Source: Macrostomum lignano
Taxonomy: Eukaryota
DNA length: 64,000 bases
Assembly (NCBI GenBank): GCA_002269645.1
Contig: NIVC01000020.1
Span: 806,001-870,000 of the forward strand
Reading direction: 5' to 3'
Within the stretch, counting starts at the first letter, position 1, and the number at the start of each line of letters is the position of its first letter. A program made the translations under genes and the position numbers. Below are positions 49,801 through 61,800 of the stretch, one piece after another. The notes beneath the pieces were generated by a model, which worked only from the letters and a program-made list of their open reading frames with translations, searched no databases and was not told where the DNA came from.

Positions 49801-52800
49801 TTTTATCGGTTTAAATGTCTGACTGAAGTAGAGACTGGACGAAGCATTTATGAACTTCTCATCCGTTTATTTTCGGATGACAAGCTAGAAGATGAAATCA
49901 AACGAAGGCTATTGGGGGTGACAACTGATGGTGCATCCGTAATGACAGGAAGTCGAGTGGGATTAATAAGTCAACTGAGGCCTTGGGCTAGCAAACAATT
50001 TTTTCAGCACCATTGTGCAGCGCATAAGTTAGAACTTTCAATCTATCATGCCTTTGAAATCTTCCCATTTATGCAACATCTCGATAAGAATATAAATTCT
50101 CTACACAAATTTTATATGAGCCACGCTGTTAAACGTAAGGCATCTTTGGCACAAACTTCGGAAGCACTCAACTTGGTTTTCTATGAATTAAAAAGAATAT
50201 ATCGCATCAGGTGGGTTGCATCGGAAGTGTCTGCTCTTGATGTGATTCGAAAGTCGTACTACTTGCTTCTGACAAATTTAGAAAATATCAAATCACCTTC
50301 CTCAGGCTTTGATGACGAAAGTAAAGCAACTGCCTCTGGATTATTGAAAACATTGCAAAATGTCCGGTATTATTCATTACATCTATTTCTCATGGACATT
50401 CTAAAATTACTGGAATTTGAGTCCTTGCAGTTTCAAAGAGCCAAGGGTACATTTATTGGCTTGCAAGAACGCCACACTAACCTTATCCATTCACTAGAAA
50501 CCTTAAAAACGAACAATGGTCCTCGCATTGTGGACTTTTTGGCTTCCTGCAAGTGTCGTCGAGTTTTGGGAACTGCAGATGGATATCCGCAGCTGGAATA
50601 CCATTCAGGATGTCACACAAGAGACCTATCTTATTCTAACTTTGCTTGTCCTTCCGGCCCTGGAAGCAGCGATCCAACAGAGAGGTTTGAGTTGAAGCAA
50701 CCAGGTTCTGCTGCAGACAGATCTCTAAGAAATAGATTATTTGATGCTAGTGGACGTGGCAGTGTTGTTGACATGGGAGCTTATCCAGCACTGGATGAGA
50801 TTCGCAGTCGAATCATTGATAGCATAATTGATCAGCTGCGTAATTATTTTCCTGAGGATGACTACTCAATATTTAATGTGCTCAACCCAGTGTTATTGCC
50901 TAATGCTGAAACATTACATACTGTCTTTACATACAGTTCGAGAATCATACCTCTTGCTAGACGGTTTGGAATGGAAGATGACAGCTCTGAATCTGAAACA
51001 GAGGACCATCTTTCTGATTCAGACTCTAGAGATGCAGATGCTTCAGAACGCGCTACAGAAAGGACAATCTCTGGTCAGACTACAGTTCTTCTAAGTTCAT
51101 ATATAAGACCGTTAGAATCTTGCAGTTTTAATTTGCTAATTAAATATTATTAAAAGTATGATTTGCAATTGTAATAGGGCTGAAAAATTACTGCTTATAA
51201 GTTATTCTATCCCTATTTCTATTCCTTAGCCATTTCTGGCTTCGTAATTCTTAATTTTTCAAATTGATGCGTTAATGCACACGTAGCCTACACCCTAGTA
51301 AGTGATACATTAAATTCATCCTAAACTAATCCTATCCTAATAATCCTAAAGATGCTCTGCGACTTAACTCAGTCCTGCTGCGACTTACCTCGGCCCTGCT
51401 GCGACTTACTCGGTCCTGCTGCGACTTAGCTCGCCCTCAGTGCGACTTAGCTCTCGCTCGGTGCGACTTAGCTCGCCCTCGGTGCGACTTAGCTCGCCCT
51501 CGGTGCGACTTAGCTCGGTCCTGCTGCGACTTAGTGCGACTTAGCTCTCGCTCGGTGCGACTTATTTTGCCCTCGGTGCGACTTAGCTCGCCCTTAGTGC
51601 GACTTAGCTCGGTCCTGCTGCGACATAGCTCGCCCTCAGTGCGACTTAGCTCTCGCTCGGTGCGACTTAGTTCGCCCTCGATGCGACTTAGCTCGGTCCT
51701 GCTGCGACTTAGCTCGCCCTCGGTGCGACTTAGCTCTCGCTCGGTGCGACTTAGCTCGCCCTCGGTGCGACTTAGCTCGGTCCTGCTGCGACTTAGTGCG
51801 ACTTAGCTCGGTCCTGCTGCGACTTAGTGCGACTTAGCTCTCGCTCGGTGCGACTTAGTTCGCCCTCGGTGCGACTTAGCTCGGTCCTGCTGCGACTTAG
51901 TGCGACTTAGCTCTCGCTCGGTGCGACTTATTTTGCCCTCGGTGCGACTTAGCTCGCCCTCGGTGCGACTTAGCTCGGTCCTGCTGCGACTTAGTGCGAC
52001 TTAGCTCGGTCCTGCTGCGACTTAGTGCGACTTAGCTCTCGCTCGGTGCGACTTAGTTCGCCCTCGGTGCGACTTAGCTCGGTCCTGCTGCGACTTAGTG
52101 CGACTTAGCTCTCGCTCGGTGCGACTTAGTTCGCCCTCGATGCGACTTAGCTCGGTCCTGCTGCGACTTAGCTCGCCCTCGGTGCGACTTAGCTCTCGCT
52201 CGGTGCGACTTAGCTCGCCCTCGGTGCGACTTAGCTCGGTCCTGCTGCGACTTAGTGCGACTTAGCTCGGTCCTGCTGCGACTTAGTGCGACTTAGCTCT
52301 CGCTCGGTGCGACTTAGTTCGCCCTCGGTGCGACTTAGCTCGGTCCTGCTGCGACTTAGCTCGCCCTCAGTGCGACAGCTCTCGCTCGGTGCGACTTAGT
52401 TCGCCCTCGGTGCAACTTAGCTCGGTCCTGCTGCAACTTAGCTCGCCCTCGGTGCGACTTAGCTTGGTCCTGCTGCGACTTAGTGCGACTTAGCTCTCGC
52501 TCGGTGCGACTTAGTTCGCCCTCGGTGCGACTTAGCTCGGTCCTGCTGCGACTTAGCTCGCCCTCAGTGCGACTTAGCTCTCGCTCGGTGCGACTTAGTT
52601 CGCCCTCGGTGCGACTTAGCTCGGTCCTGCTGCAACTTAGCTCGCCCTCGGTGCGACTTAGCTTGGTCCTGCTGCGACTTAGTGCGACTTAGCTCTCGCT
52701 CGGTGCGACTTAGTTCGCCCTCGGTGCGACTTAGCTCGGTCCTGCTGCGACTTAGCTCGCCCTCGGTGCGACTTAGCTCGGTCCTGCTGCGACTTAGTGC

Positions 52801-55800
52801 GACTTAGCTCTCGCTCGGTGCGACTTATTTTGCCCTCGGTGCGACTTAGCTCGCCCTCGGTGCGACTTAGCTCTCGCTCGGTGCGACTTAGTTCGCCCTC
52901 GATGCGACTTAGCTCGGTCCTGCTGCGACTTAGCTTGCCCTCGGTGCGACTTAGCTTGCCCTCGGTGCGACTTACCTTGTCTTCAGTGCTGCAACTTACA
53001 GCACTTACAACTCTTTTTGTGTTTTTCTCTTTCTCTTTGCTCCCTTTTTCTCATTTTTTCCTTTTCCTTTCCCCTTTTTCGTCTTTTGTTTTTTCGTTTT
53101 TTTTGGCGGTTAATCAATTTTGCGACTTACTTGGTTGGCCGCCAAATCGGTCGGCCGGATCGGCCGACTCGGCCGACTGTTGCGCATGTATGTATGTTCA
53201 GGTACTATTAGTGCAAGGGATTCAAACCTTCTTTTCTCATCTTATATAGATGGCTACAGATTGGGTAGGAATAGAGGTTATTTTAAGCAACAGATATGTG
53301 GGCCTATTATATGCATTTCATTCATGTTTTACATGAGTAAACTATGCCCATTTATGTGTATTTTGGGTAATTTTATGTGTATAAGCAAATGCACAAAATA
53401 GGTATCTTTGGTAACATAGAAAGTACACAATAATAATACAATATTGCAGATAGGTATAGGACCAAGGCTAACTATATATGTATATGCAAGTTCCTAAAAT
53501 TTGTTTATTTATACAAGTATACTTAATTGTTATAAGGCTTTTATTTTGACTAAGGCCAAAAATGGTGACTTAGCCAAGTTAAGGCTGAAGTGGGTTTTAA
53601 TAAATAAAGTTTAGAAAAAATCAAGACAAATTGATCAGTTTATGCATAAAAATGCAAATAATATTGCTGAGAATAGAATAAACTGATAGATAAATTGAGC
53701 AATTTATTAGAAAAAATAGTAACAAATAGTAACATTTAGTCTTAATTGTTAGATATAAAAAAACAAATAAATTGTTACTAATTTTAAGAGCCTGACGATG
53801 CCTGATGCAAGGCAAAACATGTCGCATAAAAAATGATAGCGCCACCTTCTTGATTCTACTTTTTCTCAGATGCGCAACTTTACCACAGTATTAGAAAAAA
53901 TAATTTAAGAATAAAAGGATAGTTACTAGTTAATTTTTTTATTACTAGTGTAATAAAAGAGCAACTTAATTTGATATCAAGCAATGAAAGTTCATGCACT
54001 GTATGGCTTAATTTATGTAGCTATAAACAATAGCATTCCAAAATAGATTTAGCTGAAAATCAAAATACATGGAAAATAATGGATAGTTGTGTCATCTAAA
54101 AGCTTATTGCATTGTTAGCTAGTTTTGTGCTAAATAGAACCAAGGATTTGTTCAATGGCCTGCTTGATGACTTTCTGCTAATTGTAGATAGAGTTAACCT
54201 TGGCTAAAATGTCAATACAAGTGCACTAGGATATAGGCCTTTATTGGTCAGCTGGATGACCATCTGAGAAGTCAATGACAATAGAGATTGCACTTTGGCC
54301 ATTGTTAGGGGCTTCAAATAGTTGTTGATATTGGGTTAGACATCTATCCAGTATGTTGGAAGTCAAGTATCAATTAACAGAGGCTGCACATTTGTAAAAT
54401 TAGTGCATACATGGCTTGTATAATTACTCTTGGCAGCATCTAAAGCCTCTTTGTTAGTGAGGACAGTCTAAATTTAAGTAGGTATAATTGTGGTATCTCA
54501 GCAGACTAACACAAGAAACACGAGTACGTGGCAGGTAAGACTTTTTTTCCGGAAAAAAAAGTACGAGCTCCACTTAGGGCAACCCGCGCTTATATTTGAT
54601 ATTTAACAGTAAATTGTTACACGATCGATAAATTCAACCACCAAAATGTCACGTGATTAAAAATATGTTTCACAATACAATATACAAATAATTTATTAAC
54701 TGCACTACTTAAAGTATAGTAGTAAGAAAAGGTTAGTTAGACGAACGGCCCTTTTACAAGCTCCTAGTCACGACACAACAATAATTATTAAGAATACTGG
54801 AATAAGGAACTATAGCTTAGTTAGACTTGCAATAGCAGAATAAGCTTACCGGTAGTATGTATGTTTTTTGTTCTCCATATGACATTACGTTCCAAATATG
54901 TGCATTTTATGCATGTGCATGTTGCTTGGATATAAAGGCAACAAATTACTGCAGGGTATACTGAATACTAGTGGTGCTATAATGTTTCCTCATAGTGAAT
55001 TTATGTAACTATATAATTAGCTGATAAAAACAATTGCCATTCAAATGTGCTGCGTTTTTTTCTTAGAAAAACTTCTCCTAAACAAAAACTAAATCTTCTT
55101 ATCAATAAAACTTGAACCACCTTAGCAAAGCTAACTAATATTATCTGAAATATTTGTTTCAACTAAACTGTGAAATCATATGTATATCTACTTTCTGCCA
55201 TTTGACAAAAAAACAAATGACTGTTTAACAAAAAGGCTTTTAATTAAAAGGTTTTTGATGAAATGTCAATCTACTTTTAGACTAAACAGCCATATGCAGC
55301 CTTCAGATGCACTATGCAATAGCTGTGGCTGAGCTGTTGGTTGAATATGTGGCCAAATTGTGGCAAGTGTAATCCATTATTTTTATTTTTATTATCTTCT
55401 ACTTCTAAATAGAAGTATGCAAAAATTATCTTTTGCAATGTTATACTTAGTCAAATAGGTTTTCTAAGTATATTACAAATAAATTTTCTAAAAAACACCC
55501 AAAAGCAAGTGTTGAAAAAATTAATTTTAAAGAATATCTTATAATAATAATAATTGTTTTTGATTTTGATTGCTTCATTAGTCCAAAGCAATGTTTAGGG
55601 CCTAGTGTTAAATATCTTAGCAATGAAGTCAACTTTTGCAGTGCTTGAGGTATTATTTTAAAGCTAAAATGTATAAAAAATTAATAAAGCAATTTTGAAA
55701 CAAGTTTATCTTATCAAGCTAATACTATGATAAAAAATCAATGGTAGGTCAAGATGATATGTAATTATAGTGTTGCTAAGAAATCTTTGAATTGATTTAT

Positions 55801-58800
55801 CTTATATTTAACTTTAATTAAAAATGTAAGTTTTTATAATTTGATACCAAACAATTATTTAAATGTTTGTTTAAAAGAAAGTTAAACTAGGTTAGGCCTA
55901 GTTTTATTAACAAAAGTATAAATAACTTTTGAATATGACCTATTTGAATATGAATATCTCTTGGGAAAACTACACATGACTTATTTTTAGGTTAAATTTT
56001 AGTTCTATTGAAAGAGTTCCTTTTAACAGTAGTTTAGTGTCTATAAATATCAAAAAGTAAAATTATTATTAGCTTCAAAGTCATTCCATAGAATCATACT
56101 TTTGAAATAATTCATAAAATTTCTTAACATATAAATGGTACATTTCACTTTCAAGACCTTTTCTACATTGTATATAACTTCAAGATTAAAATACATATAA
56201 TCTATTTTAAATCATTAATTTCTCAATTTAATGATAAAAAACTTTATTTAAACTGTTTAAAGTTTTATCTTATATGTAGCTAAGAAATTGTTTTAATCTT
56301 TAAAAACAAAATCTGAGTTTTCTAAGAGATAAATTGTCAGAATGGAAAAACTGTACATTGAATTCACAATTGAAGATTTATTCCATAAAAGTCATTTAAC
56401 TATTGGCTATTGGCTATTAGCTATTGGTAGAAAAAATATTATTAAAATTTGTGCCTAGCATATTTTGGCAACAAGAAATCTTTATTTTGAGTGATTATAA
56501 CTTCTATGTAATCCTATAGAAATAAAACCTAATGAATTTAGTAGAAGATATTTTTGTTGTTATTTCATTTAAAGTTTCGAGGGAAAGGTTAAAAGTAATG
56601 TTTAGTAATAGACAAAGTTTGAGTAATTTTTTGAGTAGATTTTGAATAAGTTTTTGAGCTAAGCTTACAATACAAAAAGTAGAAAAAAATTAGTCATTAA
56701 TACTATTGCAATTGTAGTCAACTATAAGTCTCTAGCATATTAAATGCAGATATTGTTTAGGCAAAATCAGAATTTTGCATATTCATAATTGCTAGCATTA
56801 AAACAATAAAATAAATAAGTTTCAGGATAAAAAAGAACCAAAAAGCAGAGGGAACATCTTTATGCTTTGCATTTTGAATTTATATATGCATATTATTGAT
56901 GCATAATTGAAAAAAGACAATTTGACATTCTTCATTAAATTTAGTTAATATTTAGAGATTTAGTATAGGTGGATTTTTTTACTAAAGTTAATCACTTATT
57001 TTGTAAAATTTACTTTTGTATAAAAAATAAGCTAAACTTTGTTAAACCAAGTTAGATTTTGTTAGATCAAAGGCAAATCAATTCAGTCTAGTCAGCATAA
57101 GTGAGGCAAGGTAGATGTGAAGCATATGTACACTATAAGGCCACTCCCAAACCATCACTTGGTTGTCAGTTAAGCTCTCTTATTGATGCAAGCAATTACC
57201 AAATTGTCTTCATCAAAGCATCTCTCATAGAAGTTGTCCTATTTGTTATTAATTCACATACTAATGATGGTCTTGGGTAGAAGAATGTGGCATTTATATA
57301 GTCACCCAGTCTACCCACCAATAACTAGATAGTCACCCAGTCTACCCACCAATGACTAGATAGTCACCCAGTCTACCCACCAATGACTAGATAGTCACCC
57401 AGTCTACCCACCAATGACTAGATAGTCACCCAGTCTACCCACCAATGACTAGATAGTCACTCAGTCTATCCATTTCCCTCCGCTCCCGCTGGCCCCGCAG
57501 TTCGCCTTGTCGGTTTTGTCGGCCACCTCGCCGGCACCCAGCGCCAAGCCGGTCGAATCGGTGACGCTCCAACAGTTCGCCAACGCGAGCCAAGCCTCCC
57601 TGAGCCTGGGCTGTCGTCTCCCTGGCAACAGCTCCGACCGCGTCACCTACGTAGAGTGGCAGGTGCACGGCGACACCGTCTGCCGGCTGTTTCTGCAGCG
57701 CAAGCCGATGGAATTGGACGAATGCCGAAGCAGTCTGCACAGCCTGGGCATCGGCATTAACGACGCGGGGGTGCAGCTGGTGCTGGCGCCGGTGCTTGCC
57801 CGTCATGAGGGCCGCTACCGCTGCCTGGCGTACGAGGATTCGGACTCGTACGAGCTCGTGACCAATGTGCTAGTGCGCGGTGAGCAGCGGGAACTGGGAT
57901 TTCATGTCACGTGACCAATGTGCTAGTGCGCGGTGAGCAGCGGGAACTGGGATTTCATGTCACGTGACCAATGTGCTAGTGCGCGGTGAGCAGCGGGAAC
58001 TGGGATTTCATGTCACGTGACCAATGTGCTAGTGCGCGGTGAGCAGCGGGAACTGGGTTTTCATGTCACGTGACCAATGTGCTAGTGCGCGGTGAGCAGC
58101 GGGAACTGGGTTTTCATGTCACGTGACCAATGTGCTAGTGCGCGGTGAGCAGCGGGAACTGGGGTTTCATGTCACGTGACCAATGTGCTAGTGCGCGGTG
58201 AGCAGCGGGAACTGGGTTTTCATGTCACGTGACCAATGTGCTAGTGCGCGGTGAGCAGCGGGAACTGGGGTTTCATGTCACGTGACCAATGTGCTAGTGC
58301 GCGGTGAGCAGCGGGAACTGGGGTTTCATGTCACGTGACCAATGTGCTAGTGCGCGGTGAGCAGCGGGAACTGGGTTTTCATGTCACGTGACCAATGTGC
58401 TAGTGCGCGGTGAGCAGCGGGAACTGGGTTTTCATGTCACGTGACCAATGTGCTAGTGCGCGGTGAGCAGCGGGAACTGGGGTTTCATGTCAAAGCGTGT
58501 ATCGTGACACATCAGCTTTAATTTTAGCATCCTAAATTCGGATCCCAAAGTTGGCACCATGTTTTTGCCACACTGGATGGCGTCATGTTTTATTTGAATT
58601 ATCAATAATGTCATAATTCTTAGTATTTGAAGACTCACGAGTTGTAAAACTCGAATAATCTGTAAACATGGAGTCTGCAAGTCTGCTGGAGTTCGAGTCT
58701 TTCGGACTACGAATAAAATAATATGATACCTGTCTCAGTTGTCAGGACGTTTGGCAACAGAAAATCATTTATACACAACTGTTCTACCCGCTGCGCATGG

Positions 58801-61800
58801 AAATATAAATCCCATTAATCTTATTTTTGGCAGACAAGCCGTTCAAGCCTACCCGACTCCAACATGTGGATGTCGGCCGCGACTGGGTGCGCCTAGGCTG
58901 GGAGCCGCCGCGCCAGCAAAGCCACTTGCCTGTCGACCACTACGAGGCCGCCAGCTGGCCCGACCTCGACGAGCCTGACAGCCGGAAACCGCCAGCCGGC
59001 GTGACCTGGCAGCGGGTCCGTGACAACAACCCATTTTTGCACAGCCATCGGTTCAGCTACCTGTCGGTCTACACCTCCTACTGCTTCGCCGTGCGCGCCG
59101 TCAACAGCATCGGCGCCGGCCAGCCAGCCGTCCGCTGCGGCATCCGCACTAGGGGCCAGCCACCTGAGAGAGGCGCCGTCAGCGCCAGGCTGGTCAGCGC
59201 CAACGCCACACGAGCGGCCTTCGTTGTGGCCTACCAGCCCGACCGCCTGCACGGCCGCCTGCGTCAGGTGGAGCTGCTCTGCCAGCTGATGCGCTACCGG
59301 GAGCTCAACGTCGCCTTCGCACCAGAAGATCGGCAACTGTCGGCGCTGGGATTGAGGGCCTTGCTGCCGTCGCGCGCGTTTAACGATTCCACCGAGCTGG
59401 TAGATTTCTACTTTAATCCAAGTTTACCTTGGAAATCCCCATCCCAAATCTCCCCTAATGTAATCCCCATCCAAATCTCCCCTAATGTAATCCCCATCCC
59501 AAATCTCCCCTAATGTAATCCCCATCCAAATCTCCCCTAATGTAATCCCCATCCAAATCTCCCCTAATGTAATCCCCATCCCAAATCTCCCCTAATGTAA
59601 TCCCCATCCAAATCTCCCCTAATGTAATCCCCATCCCAAATCTCCCCTAATGTAATCCCCATCCCAAATCTCCCCTAATGTAATCCCCATCCAAATCTCC
59701 CCTAATGTAATCCCCATCCAAATCTCCCCTAATGTAATCCCCATCCCAAATCTCCCCTAATGTAATCCCCATCCAAATCTCCCCTAATGTAATCCCCATC
59801 CAAATCTCCCCTAATGTAATCCCCATCCAAATCTCCCCTAATGTAATCCCCATCCAAATCTCCCCTAATGTAATCCCCATCCAAATCTCCCCTAATGTAA
59901 TCCCCATCCAAATCTCCCCTAATGTAATCCCCATCCAAATCTCCCCTAATGTAATCCCCATCCAAATCTCCCCTAATGTAATCCCCATCCAAATCTCCCC
60001 TAATAAAATCCCCATGCTAAATCTCCCCTGATAATATCCCATCCCAAATCTCCCTTAATCAAATCCTTATCCAAATCTCCCCTAATAAAATCTCATCTCA
60101 AATCCCCTAATAAAATTCCCATCCCAAATTTCCCCTAATCAAATCCCATCCCAACATCCCCCAATAACATCGCACCCTAATCTCCCTAATTTTTCTCTTT
60201 TATAATCTTTAATCTCCCTAATGAAATACCGTATCTCTAATTGAATCTACATTTGTATGAATTATTCATACAATCATAACTGATTCTGGCTCATACGCAT
60301 ACATCTTAATTCCTATTCTGGAATTTCTTCCCTCTCATACAGGTGTGGCTTGCCGAAGATCTGCAGCCCTACAGCCAGTACCGGCTGATCATAAAGGCGT
60401 ACAATGAGGAGTACGATGGACCGCCGGAAGTAACAAAATTCAACACAACGGAGGGCCGTGAGTGCTTTCTCAGCCTTTCTCAACCTTTCTCAGCCTTTCT
60501 CAGCCTCTCTCAGCCTTTCTCGGCCTTTCTCAGCATTTCTCAGCCTCTCTCAGCCTTTCTCAGCCTTTCTCAGCCTTTCTCAGCCTCTCTCAGCCTTTCT
60601 CAGCCTTTCTCAGCCTCTCTCAGCCTTTCTCAGCCTTTCTCAGCCTTTCTCAGCCTTTCTCAGCCTTTCTCAGCCTTTCTCAGCCTCTCTCAGCCTTTCT
60701 CAGCCTTTCTCAACCTTTCTCAGCCTTTCTCAGCCTTTCTCAGCCTTTCTCAGCCTTTCTCAGCCTTTCTCAACCTTTCTCAGCCTTTCTCGGCCTTTCT
60801 CAGCCTCTCTCAGCCTCTCTCAGCCTCTCTCGGCCTTTCTCAGCCTTTCTCAGCCTTTCTCAGCATTTCTCAGCCTCTCTCAGCCTTTCTCAGCCTTTCT
60901 CAGCCTTTCTCAGCCTCTCTCAGCCTTTCTCAGCCTTTCTCAGCCTCTCTCAGCCTTTCTCAGCCTTTCTCAGCCTTTCTCAGCCTTTCTCAGCCTTTCT
61001 CAGCCTTTCTCAGCCTCTCTCAGCCTTTCTCAGCCTTTCTCAGCCTTTCTCAGCCTTTCTCAGCCTTTCTCAGCCTTTCTCAGCCTTTCTCAACCTTTCT
61101 CAGCCTTTCTCGGCCTTTCTCAGCCTCTCTCAGCCTCTCTCAGCCTCTCTCAGCCTTTCTCAGCCTCTCTCAGCCTTTCTCAGCCTTTCTCAGCCTCTCT
61201 CAGCCTTTCTCAGCCTCTCTCAGCCTCTCTCGGCGAGCGTCTTGGCAACAAATTCATTAAAGAAATCCATTTATTTGTCAACTTTTTAAATAAATCCTCT
61301 AATAACTGCCTCTGACGTGCCGTTCACTCCATTGATAATTCCCTTTGATGCGCTGCTCACTCCATTGATAATTCCCTTTGATGTGCCGCTCACTCTATTG
61401 ATAATTCCCTTTGATGTGCCGCTCACTCCATTGATAATTCCCTTTGATGTCCTGCTCACTATATTGATAGAATTTCCTTTTGATGTACCGCTCACTCTAT
61501 TGATAGAATTCCCTTTGATGTGCCGCTCACTCCATTGATAATTCCCTTTGATGTGCCGCTCACTCCATTGATAATTCCCTTTGATGTCCCGCTCACTCCA
61601 TTGATAATTCCCTTTGATGTCCCGCTCACTCCATTGATAATTCCCTTTGATGTGCCGCTCACTCCATTGATAATTCCCTTTGATGTCCTGCTCACTATAT
61701 TGATAGAATTCCCTTTGATGTACCGCTCACTCTATTGATAGAATTCCCTTTGATGTACCGCTCACTCTATTGATAGAATTCCCTTTGATGTCCTGCTCAC

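Larger units (their letters stand above)
46641..53192 (+). mobile_element. Full-span hAT-superfamily DNA transposon, 6552 bp
   Basis: Perfect 14-bp TIRs CATACATGCGCAAC (46641-46654) and GTTGCGCATGTATG (53179-53192). 8-bp TSD TATGTTCA at 46633-46640 and 53193-53200. Internal hAT-like transposase; subterminal TGCGACTTA motifs at both ends. Confidence 0.93.

Noticed and set aside
60458-61315. 275-305-aa Ser/Leu/Phe ORFs
   Set aside because: They are stop-free readings of the 10-bp intron array; only 60343-60457 is a real exon.
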